Part shown: positions 62,441-64,000 of the stretch, piece after piece
Layout of the letters: each line of letters starts with the position of its first letter
Position numbering within the stretch: the stretch's first letter is position 1
Origin: Puniceicoccaceae bacterium
GTDB taxonomy: Bacteria > Verrucomicrobiota > Verrucomicrobiia > Opitutales > Oceanipulchritudinaceae
Assembly: GCA_040830765.1 (NCBI GenBank)
Contig: JBFOMH010000017.1
Span: forward strand, 192,001 to 256,000
Length of the DNA stretch: 64,000 nt
Direction of reading: 5' to 3'
The notes under the pieces: generated by a model
Seen by the model: only the letters and a program-made list of their open reading frames with translations
Told to the model about the DNA's origin: nothing
Databases searched by the model: none
Position numbers and translations under genes: made by a program

Positions 62441-63556
62441 TTAAAAGATGTATTCCTCCTCGGATTCGGCTTCAGCAGTCCCAAAATGGGTTTGCAGGAA
62501 ATTAACGGCAAGGTCCCGGTCGTTTGCGTTGACGACCCCCGCGACGGTTTGTCCGGAGGTCAGGATGATGTTCCATTGGCCAAAGCTCTCAGCGACAAAG
62601 ACCTCAGCATCTCCGATTGCCGGAGCTTCCTCGAGCGAGCCAAATTTTCCATAGAAGTCACGAACCGCCTCCCATGTGCCGCTGGCTTCTTCCGCGGTGG
62701 GGGCGTTCATGCCAAAGAGCGTCAATTCCTGTCCGCCGGATTCGTATTTGGCTTCAAAGATACCGGAAAGGGCGCTTTGTCCGTAGGCATCTTCGCTGAT
62801 ATACGTTAGGCTGCCAGGGATTTGTCCCTCCGCCGGGAGAAGGAATCGGCCCTCAAGGCCGGCATTGTTTTCGGGAAGACTGGCCGCCAACTCCTTCGAC
62901 AAGGACTCCGCCAGTGTCATGATTGCCGGATCGCTGGAGGAGGTGATGACTTGCACGTAGGTTGTCCCCTGGCGCATGAAATAACCCATCCCGCTGCGAT
63001 ATCCATCGGCGATGAAATCCAAGGTGGCACCAGCCTCACTGCGCTCGATTGAGAATATTCCGAAGGCGTTGATCGGGGAATCCATCCGGAAGAGGTAGGC
63101 ATCGATGAAGTCACCGGCGGTGCCCTCAACGAGGAAGGAACGGGAGATCAGTTCCTGGAAATTGAATTGGAAATAAGCAGGGGCCCGGCCGTTGATTTTT
63201 TCGAAGAGGGTTGCCTCATTGTAAATTTCTGTCGGCCCGAGGGGACTCAATCCGGCCACGGCGGTGGCAAGTTCCTTGCCGGTGGTGGTTGTAACGGATT
63301 GCCCGGATCCTGCCATCTCGTAGGCGCGCAGGTCGCCGGCTCCGCGCACGGTGGCGGCTTTGCCTTCAACCGCGACACGGGTCGACTCGAGTGCTTCGGG
63401 GTCCCCCGTATAGAGGGTGGCGTCGTAGGAACGGCCCTTGTACACCAGTCCGATGCCGAGAATCACGAGGATAAGGAGGATGCCCCCACCAATGGATTTC
63501 TCCAACAAACTTATGTCGGTGCGGTAGAAATCCCTTTTGTTAACGCTTTGCGGCAC
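62441..63556 (-). CDS. Membrane-anchored periplasmic protein (DUF6599-like)
   Basis: N-terminal TM; LFEKINGRAxxY and FRMxSxxNAFGIFSxER motifs. Confidence 0.65.
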   Translation of the reverse strand: MPQSVNKRDFYRTDISLLEKSIGGGILLILVILGIGLVYKGRSYDATLYTGDPEALESTRVAVEGKAATVRGAGDLRAYEMAGSGQSVTTTTGKELATAVAGLSPLGPTEIYNEATLFEKINGRAPAYFQFNFQELISRSFLVEGTAGDFIDAYLFRMDSPINAFGIFSIERSEAGATLDFIADGYRSGMGYFMRQGTTYVQVITSSSDPAIMTLAESLSKELAASLPENNAGLEGRFLLPAEGQIPGSLTYISEDAYGQSALSGIFEAKYESGGQELTLFGMNAPTAEEASGTWEAVRDFYGKFGSLEEAPAIGDAEVFVAESFGQWNIILTSGQTVAGVVNANDRDLAVNFLQTHFGTAEAESEEEYIF

Positions 63557-63713
63557 AGGTTAAGGAAAAATATAATTTCCGCCGCTAGGCAATGACGAAT
63601 TCAGTGGGGCTGTTTTGAGGTCATATAAAATGAAGCCCCCGGCGAGGCATAAAGCACTCCACCGGGGGCGGCTTAGGAGGGAAAGGAACCCGTTAAGTTA
63701 GATAAAGAAGCAC

Positions 63714-64000
63714 TTACTCACCGGCGGGCGGGAGGATAACTGCATCGAGGACATGGATGACCCCATTCGAGGCGGCCACGTCAGTGGCAATGATATTGGC
63801 ATCATTGATCTTGAGGGTGCCTGCTTCGGTGACGGACAGGGTGGCCATGTCTCCATTTGCCATCGTCGGATCGCCTGGGCTCACTTCACTGGAGTAGACC
63901 TGGGCTTCGATGACGTGGTAGAGAAGGATGTCGGCCAATGCCTCAGGGGACAGGGCGGCTACCAGGTCCGGGCCAGTATTTCCTTCACCAAGGACGGCAG
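63714..64000 (-). CDS. Fasciclin (FAS1) domain protein, C-terminal fragment (start lies outside window)
   Basis: ILLYHV and DVAASNGVIHVLDAVILP motifs; frame is open to the window end. Confidence 0.9.
   Translation of the reverse strand, partial: AVLGEGNTGPDLVAALSPEALADILLYHVIEAQVYSSEVSPGDPTMANGDMATLSVTEAGTLKINDANIIATDVAASNGVIHVLDAVILPPAGE

Noticed and set aside
63633..63674. GC-rich hairpin after the fasciclin gene as a terminator
   Set aside because: A stem (GCCCCCGG/CCGGGGGC) exists, but the loop is long and the U-tract is weak; not confident enough to list.

Overview
A 64-kb, GC-rich bacterial chromosomal window, most likely Verrucomicrobiota (Opitutales-like). That assignment is inferred from the REP-type repeat, the lineage-style C-terminal domains and the LacI type. 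It carries housekeeping genes (monomeric icd, holB-tmk, an ExbB/ExbD/TonB-type trio, tRNA-Ala(GGC), katG). It also carries many secreted modular proteins: a GH81 glucanase, a TonB-dependent receptor plus cadherin protein, an EEP nuclease, an S8 peptidase, a CBM9-like protein, a sulfatase and an esterase-propeller. Two accessory systems stand out. (1) 37.4-52.2 kb: a soluble-adenylyl-cyclase-like cyclase-STAND ATPase-TPR gene is divergent from a 2720-aa secreted protein. That protein carries an 18-copy xPESF pentapeptide array inserted inside a PPC-like domain, directly before a C25/caspase-clan His-Cys peptidase domain. It is followed by DUF3307, a stand-alone cNMP-binding protein and a glutaminase-STAS-cNMP fusion, making a candidate peptide/protease-linked cyclic-nucleotide signalling module. 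(2) 54.7-63.6 kb: nickel-pincer (NPN) cofactor genes larB, larC and larE plus a Ni transporter, with no larA in the window. They abut a converging operon with a Tat-signal aldo/keto reductase, a polyferredoxin and a Tat-like DUF362 protein, which are candidate new NPN clients. No CRISPR array, integrase or IS element was seen. All family calls come from motif recognition; no database search was run.
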